Assembly (NCBI GenBank): GCA_964514975.1
Contig: CAZESS010000018.1
Location: forward strand, 1 to 48,853
DNA from: an uncultured Thermoplasmatales archaeon
GTDB taxonomy: Archaea; Thermoplasmatota; E2; UBA202; DSCA01
Direction of reading: 5' to 3'
Length of the DNA: 48,853 bases
The position numbers and the translations under genes were made by a program. The stretch's first letter is position 1; the number at the start of each line of letters is the position of its first letter. Below the pieces are notes generated by a model that was not told the origin of the DNA, did not search any database, and saw only the letters and a program-made list of their open reading frames with translations. Positions 29,761-37,930 of this stretch are shown here, in pieces.

Positions 29761-29850
29761 CCCGCCTTAGCTCAGACTGGCCGGAGCGGCCGGCTGTAGA
29801 CCCAATGGGCAGCTACCGGCAGGTCCCCGGTTCAAATCCGGGAGGCGGGA
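29761..29850 (+). tRNA. tRNA-Tyr(GTA) with 15-nt intron at 37/38 (29800-29814)
   Basis: Acceptor CCCGCCT/AGGCGGG with A73 (C1:G72). Anticodon GTA at 29796-29798, T-arm CCCGG-TTCAAAT-CCGGG. Bulge-helix-bulge: CTGT/GCAG helix with AG|A and CT|A bulges. Confidence 0.95.
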
Positions 29851-29995
29851 CTCCTTTTCATACGCTTGATATCCTGCTGTTTAGTCTTCGCATAGAGAAT
29901 TGACTGTTGCCGATGAGCGCCAGCGAGCCCGGCTCCATGAAGTATTTGGACAGTGGGAGGGATGTGGAGAAAAAAGAGGGAGAGGCAGGCCGGTT

Positions 29996-30217
29996 TTAGG
30001 TCCATCCGGGACCGTCAGATACGCCGTCACCCGAGTTTGGCGCCGGTGCTCCGTATCCGGGTCCTTCAACGCCTTCGCCGTTTGGCTTTGGGTCAAGTCC
30101 GCTGCCGTCAGATACGCCGTCACCCGCGTTGGGTGCTGGCCCGTCGCCTGCCAGGGCGTTTCCGGCGATGGCGATGAGCCCTATTGCCAGACAGGCAACC
30201 AGTACTATTTTCTTCAT
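29996..30217 (-). CDS. Small secreted protein with duplicated PAPNxGDGVSDG motif
   Basis: Signal peptide MKKIVLVACLAIGLIAIAGNALA, strong SD AAGGTGA, TATA TTATATA near 30282-30288, T-rich tract downstream. Confidence 0.8.
   Translation of the reverse strand: MKKIVLVACLAIGLIAIAGNALAGDGPAPNAGDGVSDGSGLDPKPNGEGVEGPGYGAPAPNSGDGVSDGPGWT
30012..30126. repeat. Perfect 22-bp direct repeat CCGTCAGATACGCCGTCACCCG (2 copies, 93 bp apart)
   Basis: Copies at 30012-30033 and 30105-30126, encoding GDGVSDG twice. Confidence 0.85.
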
Positions 30218-30233
30218 TTTTGATCACCTTTGT

Positions 30234-30261
30234 GTAACACGCGATATCTAACGCATGTTAC
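30234..30261. promoter_or_regulatory. Inverted repeat GTAACACGCG-N8-CGCATGTTAC between the TATA and SD of the small secreted protein gene
   Basis: 10-bp arms with one mismatch. Confidence 0.45.
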
Positions 30262-30676
30262 CCAGTATAGCGCCGGGGTAGTATATAATGTTTGTACCAA
30301 ATCATGCCCTAATCCCTATCCCGGAACCATGAAGAATATACCGTCGCTGCTATCGGCCCGGGTCCGCCGCTGCTTGTTGCTGACAGCCACGGCGACCGCC
30401 GGCGTACGACATCCCGGCCGGTCCCTCAACCTTTATCAAGCAAGCGTCGTTAACGCGACGGGGGCGGACAGAAGGGTAAAACCCGGCCGCTCGATGGCCA
30501 TTTATGGGTTTCGTCACCTGCCCGCCTCCTGTTTTTCATTGCAGGGGATGGTAGCACCGCTGGTATGGGACCTGGGGAGCCGTGCACCGCCCGGGGACAT
30601 GGAAGAAGAATCGTTCTGTGCTTTCCCGCTGGAAAATGGCCGCCGGGTTCCTGCTCCGGGAGAACGGTTGCTGCCG

Positions 30677-32059
30677 TCAGCAGGGCGGGAACAGAAGGTC
30701 TATGAGCCAGTCGAGGATTCGCTCGAGGAACATCTGGCGGGTATAGGGCATGGAGACAGGGAGCGTCGACCAAGCGCTTTCCCTGTCCTCGATGTCTTTT
30801 GCCTGCACCGTTATCGTGTAGTCACCCCTTCGGAGCCACCAGTGGGTGAGCTCGATTTCTTCGCCGGATGCGACGGGGCCAACCCAGCCGCTGTCTGACC
30901 CGTCGCCCCAGTCCACGAACAGGGAGACGTCGTCGCCCTGGGGGTCGATTGCGGACACCGTGTAGGTATACCGGGTGCGGGCTTTTCCGCTGCTCGGGCC
31001 GGCTATCGAGGGAGCCTCCGGGGCTTCCATATCGGTTTTGAAGGTGACATTCAGGGTTTCTGCGCCGAATGCGTAGTAGTTTGAATACTGGCAGTCGTAG
31101 TTCATGTGCATGTCGACACGGAACAGGCCCTGGGGCCGGCCGTCGGTGGTTCCCCAGCTGTTCAGCATGATCCAGTAGTCGTTGCTGTCCGTTTCCTCGT
31201 CGTCATGGTAGCCGACGCAGAGCACCGCATGACCCGCTGCCTCCTCCTCGACCCATTCATGGCCGCAGTAGTAGTCGAGGTCGTAGACGTAGTCGCTGTC
31301 TCTGTTGCTCCAGAACTCGTTGAAGTTCCGCAGGTCTGCTGCATCGGGATAAAAAATCGAGAAATAGACGCCCCTGTCCTGGTGCAGCACGTTTTTGATG
31401 TTGTTGATGACCGTTTCCTCCGGGAGGTTGTGGATGTCTATCGTCCGGGCGCGGATGCCGGAGATGGGATAGTTCGGTGACTTCGCGATGCTGTCACAGG
31501 GGGTGTTGCATCGTATGAGCCCGCCGTCATGCCAGTCGGCGTTCCTGTTCGACCAGGGTATCGCCCGCTCGGTGGCCCGGTAAAACGCTGTGAACATGTT
31601 AATGTTGCCGCCCTCGCAGCATTCGATCCGGGGATACAGGTTGTATTCCTCCCCGCAGGTGTTGATGTACTGGACGGACAGCCGGTCCCGTATCCCCTGC
31701 TGGACGTTGAGCGCGATGCCGAGAATCCCGGTGGCGGGCCATGCCCAGCAGTTGGGACAGTAGCCCTGGTTGCGCTCCTCGGGCACATATTCCAGCAGGT
31801 CGAGGATGCTGAAGTCTTCGGTGGCCTGTATCTCGGCTGCGAGCCCTGGCTCGATGGAGACCCGTTCCGCCTGGCTGTATTCCTGTTCCCATCGCTGTTT
31901 TGTCTCGGCGTCGAGCCGCATAACCGAGTCATACAGGGAGTCATCGACGACGGATATCTCGTTGACAGTGGTGGTATGCACGCCTGCCGTGGAATAGCTT
32001 ACCACGGCAAACATCAAAACGACACATGCCGCTACAAGCTTGTTATGCATTGTTCCCAA
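30677..32059 (-). CDS. Secreted papain-like (C1A) cysteine peptidase with PKD-like domain
   Basis: RNQGYCPNCWAW, LSVQY, GHAVLCVGY, WIMLNSWG, C-terminal VDWGDG PKD-like module. Confidence 0.88.
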   Translation of the reverse strand: MGTMHNKLVAACVVLMFAVVSYSTAGVHTTTVNEISVVDDSLYDSVMRLDAETKQRWEQEYSQAERVSIEPGLAAEIQATEDFSILDLLEYVPEERNQGYCPNCWAWPATGILGIALNVQQGIRDRLSVQYINTCGEEYNLYPRIECCEGGNINMFTAFYRATERAIPWSNRNADWHDGGLIRCNTPCDSIAKSPNYPISGIRARTIDIHNLPEETVINNIKNVLHQDRGVYFSIFYPDAADLRNFNEFWSNRDSDYVYDLDYYCGHEWVEEEAAGHAVLCVGYHDDEETDSNDYWIMLNSWGTTDGRPQGLFRVDMHMNYDCQYSNYYAFGAETLNVTFKTDMEAPEAPSIAGPSSGKARTRYTYTVSAIDPQGDDVSLFVDWGDGSDSGWVGPVASGEEIELTHWWLRRGDYTITVQAKDIEDRESAWSTLPVSMPYTRQMFLERILDWLIDLLFPPC

Positions 32060-32188
32060 CCATGTATACAGCGCCTATAAAATATATAACATTTGCGGCG
32101 CAGCCATATCCCGGGTATGCCATGGCGCTGGCATACAATGTGCCCGGCAGACGGTAAAAAACCGGAAAAAGAAAAAAAGATGGGGAGG

Positions 32189-32506
32189 CTACCGCGGCTG
32201 CTGGGGTTCCTGTCCCGACGGGCGGACGATAAGCCAGATGATGAGCCCGATGATACCCAGCACCAGGCCGATGATGAGCCACAGGACACCGTTCTTCCCC
32301 CGTTTCTCAGCATCCTTGTACATCCAGACGCCGATGCCGATCCAGATGATAAGCATGACCACCCAGACCAGGCAAAACGCGCCTGCGAAGAGACCGCCGA
32401 GCCATGCGCCGTTGCCGTCGCTCTGCGCCAGCGCCGTCCCGGTCAGCATGCCGGCCATCAGGAGCACTGTAAGGCCAGCGCTCACAAACTTGGCACAATA
32501 TTTCAT
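32189..32506 (-). CDS. Small membrane protein (PLDc_N-like hairpin)
   Basis: Signal/TM segments and 'WMYKDAEKRGKNGVLWLIIGLVLGIIGLIIWLIVRP'. Confidence 0.75.
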   Translation of the reverse strand: MKYCAKFVSAGLTVLLMAGMLTGTALAQSDGNGAWLGGLFAGAFCLVWVVMLIIWIGIGVWMYKDAEKRGKNGVLWLIIGLVLGIIGLIIWLIVRPSGQEPQQPR

Positions 32507-32530
32507 GCGACACAATCATGGTTATTTTAA

Positions 32531-33157
32531 TCCTTTCTGAGCGAGAAATCCCCACCCTTTAGGGAGGGGATGAATCGCTCTCATCGGTAAAGAACCCTTT
32601 TTTTACTGCTCATATGTTCTAGGTTTGGACAGGCGCGCCCGCTAGGGCGGGCGCTTAAGTGTACCTGTCTGGAGCGAGAAAAATGGAATTGGTTAGTGGT
32701 AGCCATCGTGTTGGCCAGAGTGTGTACCATTTGGAGTGGTGTCCCAAGTACAGGTACAAGATGTTTAACAAGGAAAAGAATAAAAAGCTTTGTGAGGTCA
32801 TCCTCGGCGAGGTGGCTGAACGGCATGGTATCAGGATCGTCGAGATGGCTGTGATGCCGGATCATCTGCATCTCATCGTGGAGATACCACCTACGATGAG
32901 CATATCAAGGGCATTCCAGCTCTTGAAGGGTGCGTCGGCGTATGAGCTGTTCAGACGGCAGCCGAAGTTTCGGCTGCGGTACCCACGAGGTCATTTTTGG
33001 AGCCCCGGGAAGTTCTATCGGACCGTCGGTGATGCCGACGCTGAGACCACTATCAATTACGTGAAGAAGCACAAAATCCATCAAACCACATTGGGCACCT
33101 TCCGCCAGCCCTCCGCCGCGTAGGAAGCCCCGCCATTCATGGCGGGGAGTACGTCAC
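32531..33157 (+). mobile_element. IS200/IS605-family element, tnpA only (~627 bp)
   Basis: Left hairpin CCCCACCC-TTTA-GGGAGGGG (32550-32569) lies 19 nt after TTAA. Right hairpin CCCCGCCAT-TC-ATGGCGGGG (33128-33147) is preceded by GAAG and followed by TCAC (33154-33157). Y1 transposase inside, no tnpB. Confidence 0.88.
32683..33123 (+). CDS. tnpA: IS200/IS605 Y1 (HUH) transposase
   Basis: YHLEWCPKYR, MPDHLHL (HUH), LKGAS, FWSPGKF, catalytic Tyr in TINYV. Confidence 0.95.
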   Translation: MELVSGSHRVGQSVYHLEWCPKYRYKMFNKEKNKKLCEVILGEVAERHGIRIVEMAVMPDHLHLIVEIPPTMSISRAFQLLKGASAYELFRRQPKFRLRYPRGHFWSPGKFYRTVGDADAETTINYVKKHKIHQTTLGTFRQPSAA

Positions 33158-33278
33158 ATATAGTTTTCGATTTTTTCTGCCTTCTGATAGCAATATGAGA
33201 GATACCGCCCATGGGATGCATGTTTTTCTCGAATTGTTTTTATAAAATAAGATGATAGTCTGGTGCTACAGGGAAACG

Positions 33279-34067
33279 ATGCTGGAAAACATCGGTGAAA
33301 TCGTTGTGCTGCTCGCCGCCGGGTTCGGTGCAGGGTTGTTCGTCGGCACCGCGTCGGGGACAGCCGGCAGCATCCTGATTCCCAGCCTGACGCTTCTCCT
33401 CGGCTATGCGACATCGGATGCCATCGGGACGAGCCTGACAGTCGACTGCATCATCGGGATGGTCGCGGGCGCCATTTATCTGAAAAACCAGCACGTCGAT
33501 GTGCGGCCCGCTCTGCTGCTCGTAGCCGCCGGGCTTGCCGGGACGCTGCTGGGAAGCAGGTTTACCATGTATACGCCCGAGGCCGGCCTCCATGTCATCC
33601 TGGGCTGCTTCCTTGTCGTTGTCGGCGTCACGCTCATCCGGAACGGAGCGCGCAAAAGCATCCATGCACTTTCCAGCAGGTTACAGTCTCGGTTTTTCCG
33701 TGGGCATAAAACAGCCGTGTACATCGCGCTCGGCTTCGCCGTCGGCCTGCTCAGCGGGTTCATCGGCATGGGCGGCGGCCGGATGCTGGCGCTCATCCTG
33801 ATATTTGTGCTGGGTTACCAGATACATACGGCCATCGGGACGTCGCTCATCCTGATGTTTTTCATCGCCGGTACCGGGGCTGCCAGCCATGCCTACAACG
33901 GGGACATCGTGCCCGGGGCGGTCGTGGTGCTCGGCGCGGCGGCCGGGATGGGCGCGCTGCTGAGCTCGACGTTTGCCAACCGGATAGAGGAGGACACACT
34001 GGCCCGGGTGGTCGGCGCCGTCGTGCTCGTGCTCGGCGTGTTCCTTCTTGTGAACCTGCTCATGTAA
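33279..34067 (+). CDS. TauE/SafE-family (sulfite exporter-like) membrane protein
   Basis: Duplicated TM halves with AIGTSL motifs, and GLLSGFIGMGGG. Confidence 0.88.
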   Translation: MLENIGEIVVLLAAGFGAGLFVGTASGTAGSILIPSLTLLLGYATSDAIGTSLTVDCIIGMVAGAIYLKNQHVDVRPALLLVAAGLAGTLLGSRFTMYTPEAGLHVILGCFLVVVGVTLIRNGARKSIHALSSRLQSRFFRGHKTAVYIALGFAVGLLSGFIGMGGGRMLALILIFVLGYQIHTAIGTSLILMFFIAGTGAASHAYNGDIVPGAVVVLGAAAGMGALLSSTFANRIEEDTLARVVGAVVLVLGVFLLVNLLM

Positions 34068-34070
34068 TGT

Positions 34071-35066
34071 TTAGTCGTAGCCGAACATGGCACGGTACCG
34101 GGCGAACCGTTTTTGGATGTAGCCCTCCAGCCTGGCGATATCGCGGGACAGCGACAGGTCCCGCGGGTTGATATACGCGGTGAACCGCTCGACATCGATG
34201 TTTTTCATGTCCAGATGGTCGAAGACGGCCTGCATCGTGTTTTCCGTGGCATGGCACAGGTCCTCGTACCGGATGTTCACGTAGTCATCGTCGTCCAGCC
34301 GGTCGATGTTGTCCAAAAAATAGCGGGTGTAGGCCGCCCGGTGCTCGACCACGATGGCCAGCCCGAGCGGAAAACCGGGATGCAGCAGCGTTTTGCCCAC
34401 CAGGGACAGCACCGGGTTGTTGACGGCGTCGCGAGCCAATGGCGATATCATTTCGGAGTAGACGGTGTCCTCGCTGACGAGCACGCGAAGCGCCCGGATG
34501 GAGGAGTTGATGACCGCGAGCGGGTTGCGATGGATGAAAACGAACTGTGCCCGGGGCAGCCGTTTTTTGATGAACATGAAGTTGGCGAAATCCCAGGGGT
34601 TTTTGAGCAGCAACGGCTTCGCGGAGTCGCCGATGTACTGGATTTTTTTGCAGAGCTCCACGAACACGTCGATGTTGTCCCGGGTGAGCTGGTTGAACAG
34701 ATAGTTTTTTCCCAGCAGGAAGGCGTATTCCAGCGGCAGGTCTGCCTCCATGGTGAGATTGTCGATGCCCCTGTCCTGATGGTTTTCCTGCCGGAGCAGC
34801 TCGTTGAGCTCCTGCTTCGCCTGGCGTTGCCGTTCCTCTATGTGGTTGCGGAGCAGCTCGTTGTAATGCGTGATATGGTAGGTGGTGACGCCGTTGAAGC
34901 GACCGGTGGAGCGCATCATCTTGTAGAGGATGGACGTCCCGGAGCGATGCAATCCAAGGATGAAGACGGGCGTGAAGTCCACGTCCCGGAGGCGGTCGAG
35001 ATAGGGGTTGTCCGGGCCATCATCCAGGCGAAATCCTCCCTGCTCGGCGGGCATCTGCTCTGACAT
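34071..35066 (-). CDS. PAPS-dependent sulfotransferase family protein
   Basis: 5'-PSB motif FILGLHRSGTS, LLKNP, 3'-PB motif IHRNPLAVINS, IRYEDL. Confidence 0.85.
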   Translation of the reverse strand: MSEQMPAEQGGFRLDDGPDNPYLDRLRDVDFTPVFILGLHRSGTSILYKMMRSTGRFNGVTTYHITHYNELLRNHIEERQRQAKQELNELLRQENHQDRGIDNLTMEADLPLEYAFLLGKNYLFNQLTRDNIDVFVELCKKIQYIGDSAKPLLLKNPWDFANFMFIKKRLPRAQFVFIHRNPLAVINSSIRALRVLVSEDTVYSEMISPLARDAVNNPVLSLVGKTLLHPGFPLGLAIVVEHRAAYTRYFLDNIDRLDDDDYVNIRYEDLCHATENTMQAVFDHLDMKNIDVERFTAYINPRDLSLSRDIARLEGYIQKRFARYRAMFGYD

Positions 35067-35147
35067 CTCCAGGGTTTATCTGGCTGTGCTATAAAACAAT
35101 TATCCGAACATACAAAAGAGGAGGGAGAGGAGGAGGGCGAGAGGTGT

Positions 35148-36824
35148 CTAGCCGTAGGTTACGAAGCATGCATCCGCGCTGTAATCATCGCGCTGCTCCC
35201 AGGTCTGACCTCCATCGCCCGAGGTATAGAATGTGCCCCCGGGATATGGGTCGTCGCCGCCGACCGCCCAGCCGGTGCCCCAGCCGGGCATGTCGCTGCC
35301 GTAGACGATGTAATATTTTTTGCCCGGGGTGACCTCGATGTCGGGCAGGTCGAAGCCAGTCCATATGGTCTCCCAGCCCTCGCCGCTGATGGTCCGCTCG
35401 ACCGATGTCAGGTCGGGGCCGTCCAGCGTTTCCCGTATCGATACCGTGATGGTTCGGTCTGGCTGCGAGGCCATCGCGCCCAGTTCGACCTTGGCGAGGC
35501 TGCTGATCTCCGGGGTGAAGGACTGCGCGCACCAGCGTGTGTCGTTGACCAAAAAGCCCCACCATTCCTCGACCTGCCGCTGGTCGACCGTGTGCCCCGC
35601 GGCCATCGTCACGGTGAGCGTCGGCGAGCGGTTGCTTCGGGCGCCCCGTTCGTCCTCCGCCTGGATGGAGATACGGTAGGTGCCCTCGCGGTTCCATGTA
35701 TGCTCCAGGGTCACCGGCTCGCCCGACGGTCGCAGCCTCGTCGTCTCCGTGGTGCCGTCGCCCCAGTCGACATGGTAGCGTATCTCGTGTCCCTCGGGGT
35801 CGGATGCCACGGTGGTGTATCGGTAGCCGGTGGAGACGTTGCCAACTACGGTGCCATCTGGCTGCTCAGGCGCCGAGGGAGGCATTTCGACCTCTGTGAG
35901 CATGAGCTCGCCCGGGTAGTCGTCGAACATCTGGGGGTCCATCCCGGTTTCCCGCTCGATGATGTCCTCCGCATAGTAGAAGGCCTCCTCCAGCGAAACC
36001 ATGCCATCGCTGTCGCTGTCGGCGTAGCCCTTCATCCCCTCGATGAGATAGTGGGCAAAGTAGGAGCCATAGGAGGTGTCCTCCTCGGGCACCGACGTCA
36101 CGACGATGCGGTTGCCGCCGCGGAGCTCGCCGGCGAACTCGGATGCCATGTCAACGCTGCGGGGATGCCGCGCAATCGAAAAGTTGTCGTCGAAGCCGCC
36201 GGAATGGCAGCTGTCCACGATGACGCCGAGCCCCTTGGATTCAAGGCGGTTGAACATGACGTTGAACATGTCATCGGTCATGATGGCAAACGGATTGGCG
36301 AGCGGCTCCCAGCTCCACGGGTTCTCGAAGGGCAGGAAGCCCCGGTAGGTGGCCAGCGCCTCGTCCATGCCGTCTTCCTCGTCGAACGGGGGCAGATCCC
36401 AGAGAATCGGGAAGCCATGGGTGGTCAGGTACACCAGGCAGACGTCGTCCTCGTCCTCCTTCTCGTCGAGCCACTGGAAGCCCCTGATGATGTTGGGAAC
36501 GGTCGCGTTTTCCCTGGTGATAACCCTGAGATGGTCCTCGCTCCAGTGCTCGGAGACGGGCAGCATCTCCCGGAAGCGGGCGACCTCCTCGAGCATGCTG
36601 GGCCGGTTCATGTCGGGATTGTTCTGGTAGACGCCGACGGCGACCATGAGCGCCCAGTACTCGGTGTCGTCATCGCCTGAAGTGTCGCCACCTGCGCCGT
36701 CCATGCCCTTGCCGGTTTGCCCTGCTGCACATTCGCCGTCGGGCTGCTGCAGCCCGGTCTGCACGGGCACGGCGAGCACCATCACCACGGCAATGCACAA
36801 AAGAAATGTGAGCTGTTTTTTCAT
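35148..36824 (-). CDS. Secreted caspase-like (C14) peptidase with PKD-like and C-terminal beta domains
   Basis: Signal peptide, YWALMVAVGVY, dyad YLTTHG and IVDSCHSGGF, DSDSDGMVSLEE, VDWGDG. Confidence 0.83.
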   Translation of the reverse strand: MKKQLTFLLCIAVVMVLAVPVQTGLQQPDGECAAGQTGKGMDGAGGDTSGDDDTEYWALMVAVGVYQNNPDMNRPSMLEEVARFREMLPVSEHWSEDHLRVITRENATVPNIIRGFQWLDEKEDEDDVCLVYLTTHGFPILWDLPPFDEEDGMDEALATYRGFLPFENPWSWEPLANPFAIMTDDMFNVMFNRLESKGLGVIVDSCHSGGFDDNFSIARHPRSVDMASEFAGELRGGNRIVVTSVPEEDTSYGSYFAHYLIEGMKGYADSDSDGMVSLEEAFYYAEDIIERETGMDPQMFDDYPGELMLTEVEMPPSAPEQPDGTVVGNVSTGYRYTTVASDPEGHEIRYHVDWGDGTTETTRLRPSGEPVTLEHTWNREGTYRISIQAEDERGARSNRSPTLTVTMAAGHTVDQRQVEEWWGFLVNDTRWCAQSFTPEISSLAKVELGAMASQPDRTITVSIRETLDGPDLTSVERTISGEGWETIWTGFDLPDIEVTPGKKYYIVYGSDMPGWGTGWAVGGDDPYPGGTFYTSGDGGQTWEQRDDYSADACFVTYG

Positions 36825-36919
36825 ACCATCACCATCCGGCAAACGAAGGCTCATTTATGAGGTTTCTGGTGAAGCAGGCTGCCGCGTAAACGTTATGAAA
36901 CAACGGGTGTTGCACGGCC

Positions 36920-37323
36920 ATGGACAGAGCGGTGCTCCACCAGCTCAGCTACGGCATGTACATCGTCGCCTCGAGGAAAGCCGGTGTTCAGCGTCTCCAT
37001 CCTCATGCAGGAGACACCCATGCGGTTCATCGGCCGCTTCGGCTACCGCTCCGGCAGAGACATCGACAAGTTCGACGGCGTCGAGCATCGCACCGGGACG
37101 ACGGGGCCGCCCGTGGTCACGGAGCACGCGCTGGGCTACCTCGAGGCAAGGGTCGTCGACAGCATGGATGTCGGAAGGCACACCCTGTATGTCGGACGGC
37201 TCACCGATGCTGCCATGCTGGCGCGCGGGGGGGGGGAGCACCCCGATGACCTATGCCTACTACCGTCACGTCAAGGGCGGCAAATCACCCGAGATGGCGC
37301 CGACCTATCTCCCCGAAAAATGA
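36920..37323 (+). pseudogene. Flavin reductase-like gene broken into three frames
   Basis: Frame 1 MDRAVLHQLSYGMYIVASRK, frame 2 VFSVSIL...FGYRSGRDIDKF...GRHTLYVG, frame 3 PMTYAYYRHVKGGKSPEMAPTY. An internal segment appears deleted near 36980 and a G10 run lies at 37227-37236. Confidence 0.8.
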
Positions 37324-37372
37324 CCTCCAGGAGGAGAGATAAACTTTTAATAACCCGTCCGATAACTGATAT

Positions 37373-37858
37373 ATGACCCAGATAAAGGACATGCTTGAGA
37401 TAGCCATGAAGGCGGAGATAGACGCAGCCGGCAACTACGGCAGCGCCGCAGAGCAGACCGACCTGTTCCTGCTGAAGGATAAGTTCCGGCTGCTCCAAAA
37501 CGAGGAAAAAGGCCACCGCCGCGTTCTGGAGAAACTCTACGCCCAAAAATTCCCCGAGGAGGAACCGGAGCTCCCCGCCAGCGACGACATGCCCTTCCAG
37601 GAATTCGGCGAATATGCGGTCAAGCCGACGATGCAGCCCTCCGAGATCATCGAGGAGGCCATGGCCGGCGAACAGCGCGCCCGCGACTTCTACCTCGACA
37701 TGGAGGACGAGATGGAGACGGACAAGGAAAAAGCCATGATGCGCTACCTCGCCAGCATGGAGGAAAGCCATTACCATCTGCTGAAAAGCGAGCTGGAGAT
37801 GGCGCAGAACTTCGAGCTCTACGACGAAGTCCACGAGATGATGCACGTCGGGCCCTGA
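37373..37858 (+). CDS. Ferritin-like/rubrerythrin-family diiron protein
   Basis: AMKAE...Y...EEKGH and AMAGE...FY...MEESH (E..ExxH twice). Confidence 0.9.
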   Translation: MTQIKDMLEIAMKAEIDAAGNYGSAAEQTDLFLLKDKFRLLQNEEKGHRRVLEKLYAQKFPEEEPELPASDDMPFQEFGEYAVKPTMQPSEIIEEAMAGEQRARDFYLDMEDEMETDKEKAMMRYLASMEESHYHLLKSELEMAQNFELYDEVHEMMHVGP

Positions 37859-37930
37859 TCCTGGGCATCTCTCCCTTTTTCGATATCTGCCGGAACACAT
37901 GTTTATATAAGGATATGCCATTTGCAGCCG

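Noticed and set aside
28542-29903. 453-aa plus-strand ORF
   Set aside because: Arg/Ala/Pro-rich shadow overlapping arcS and running through tRNA-Tyr.
30012-30126. CRISPR-like repeat-spacer unit
   Set aside because: Only two copies, in frame within a coding repeat, with a 71-nt gap and no cas genes.
30230-30898. 222-aa ORF or ncRNA in the ~450-bp gap
   Set aside because: No recognisable protein motif, it overlaps the C1 peptidase end, and no SRP or RNase P hallmark was found by eye. An Rfam search would be needed.
29851-33157. Integrated island at tRNA-Tyr
   Set aside because: No integrase and no duplicated tRNA 3' end (att) seen. Only an IS is present.
33123-33157. TnpB/omegaRNA system
   Set aside because: There is no room for tnpB: the right end directly follows the tnpA stop.
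35111-35145. Purine-rich GAG/GGA tract as a functional repeat
   Set aside because: Most simply the pyrimidine-rich terminator region of the minus-strand peptidase gene.
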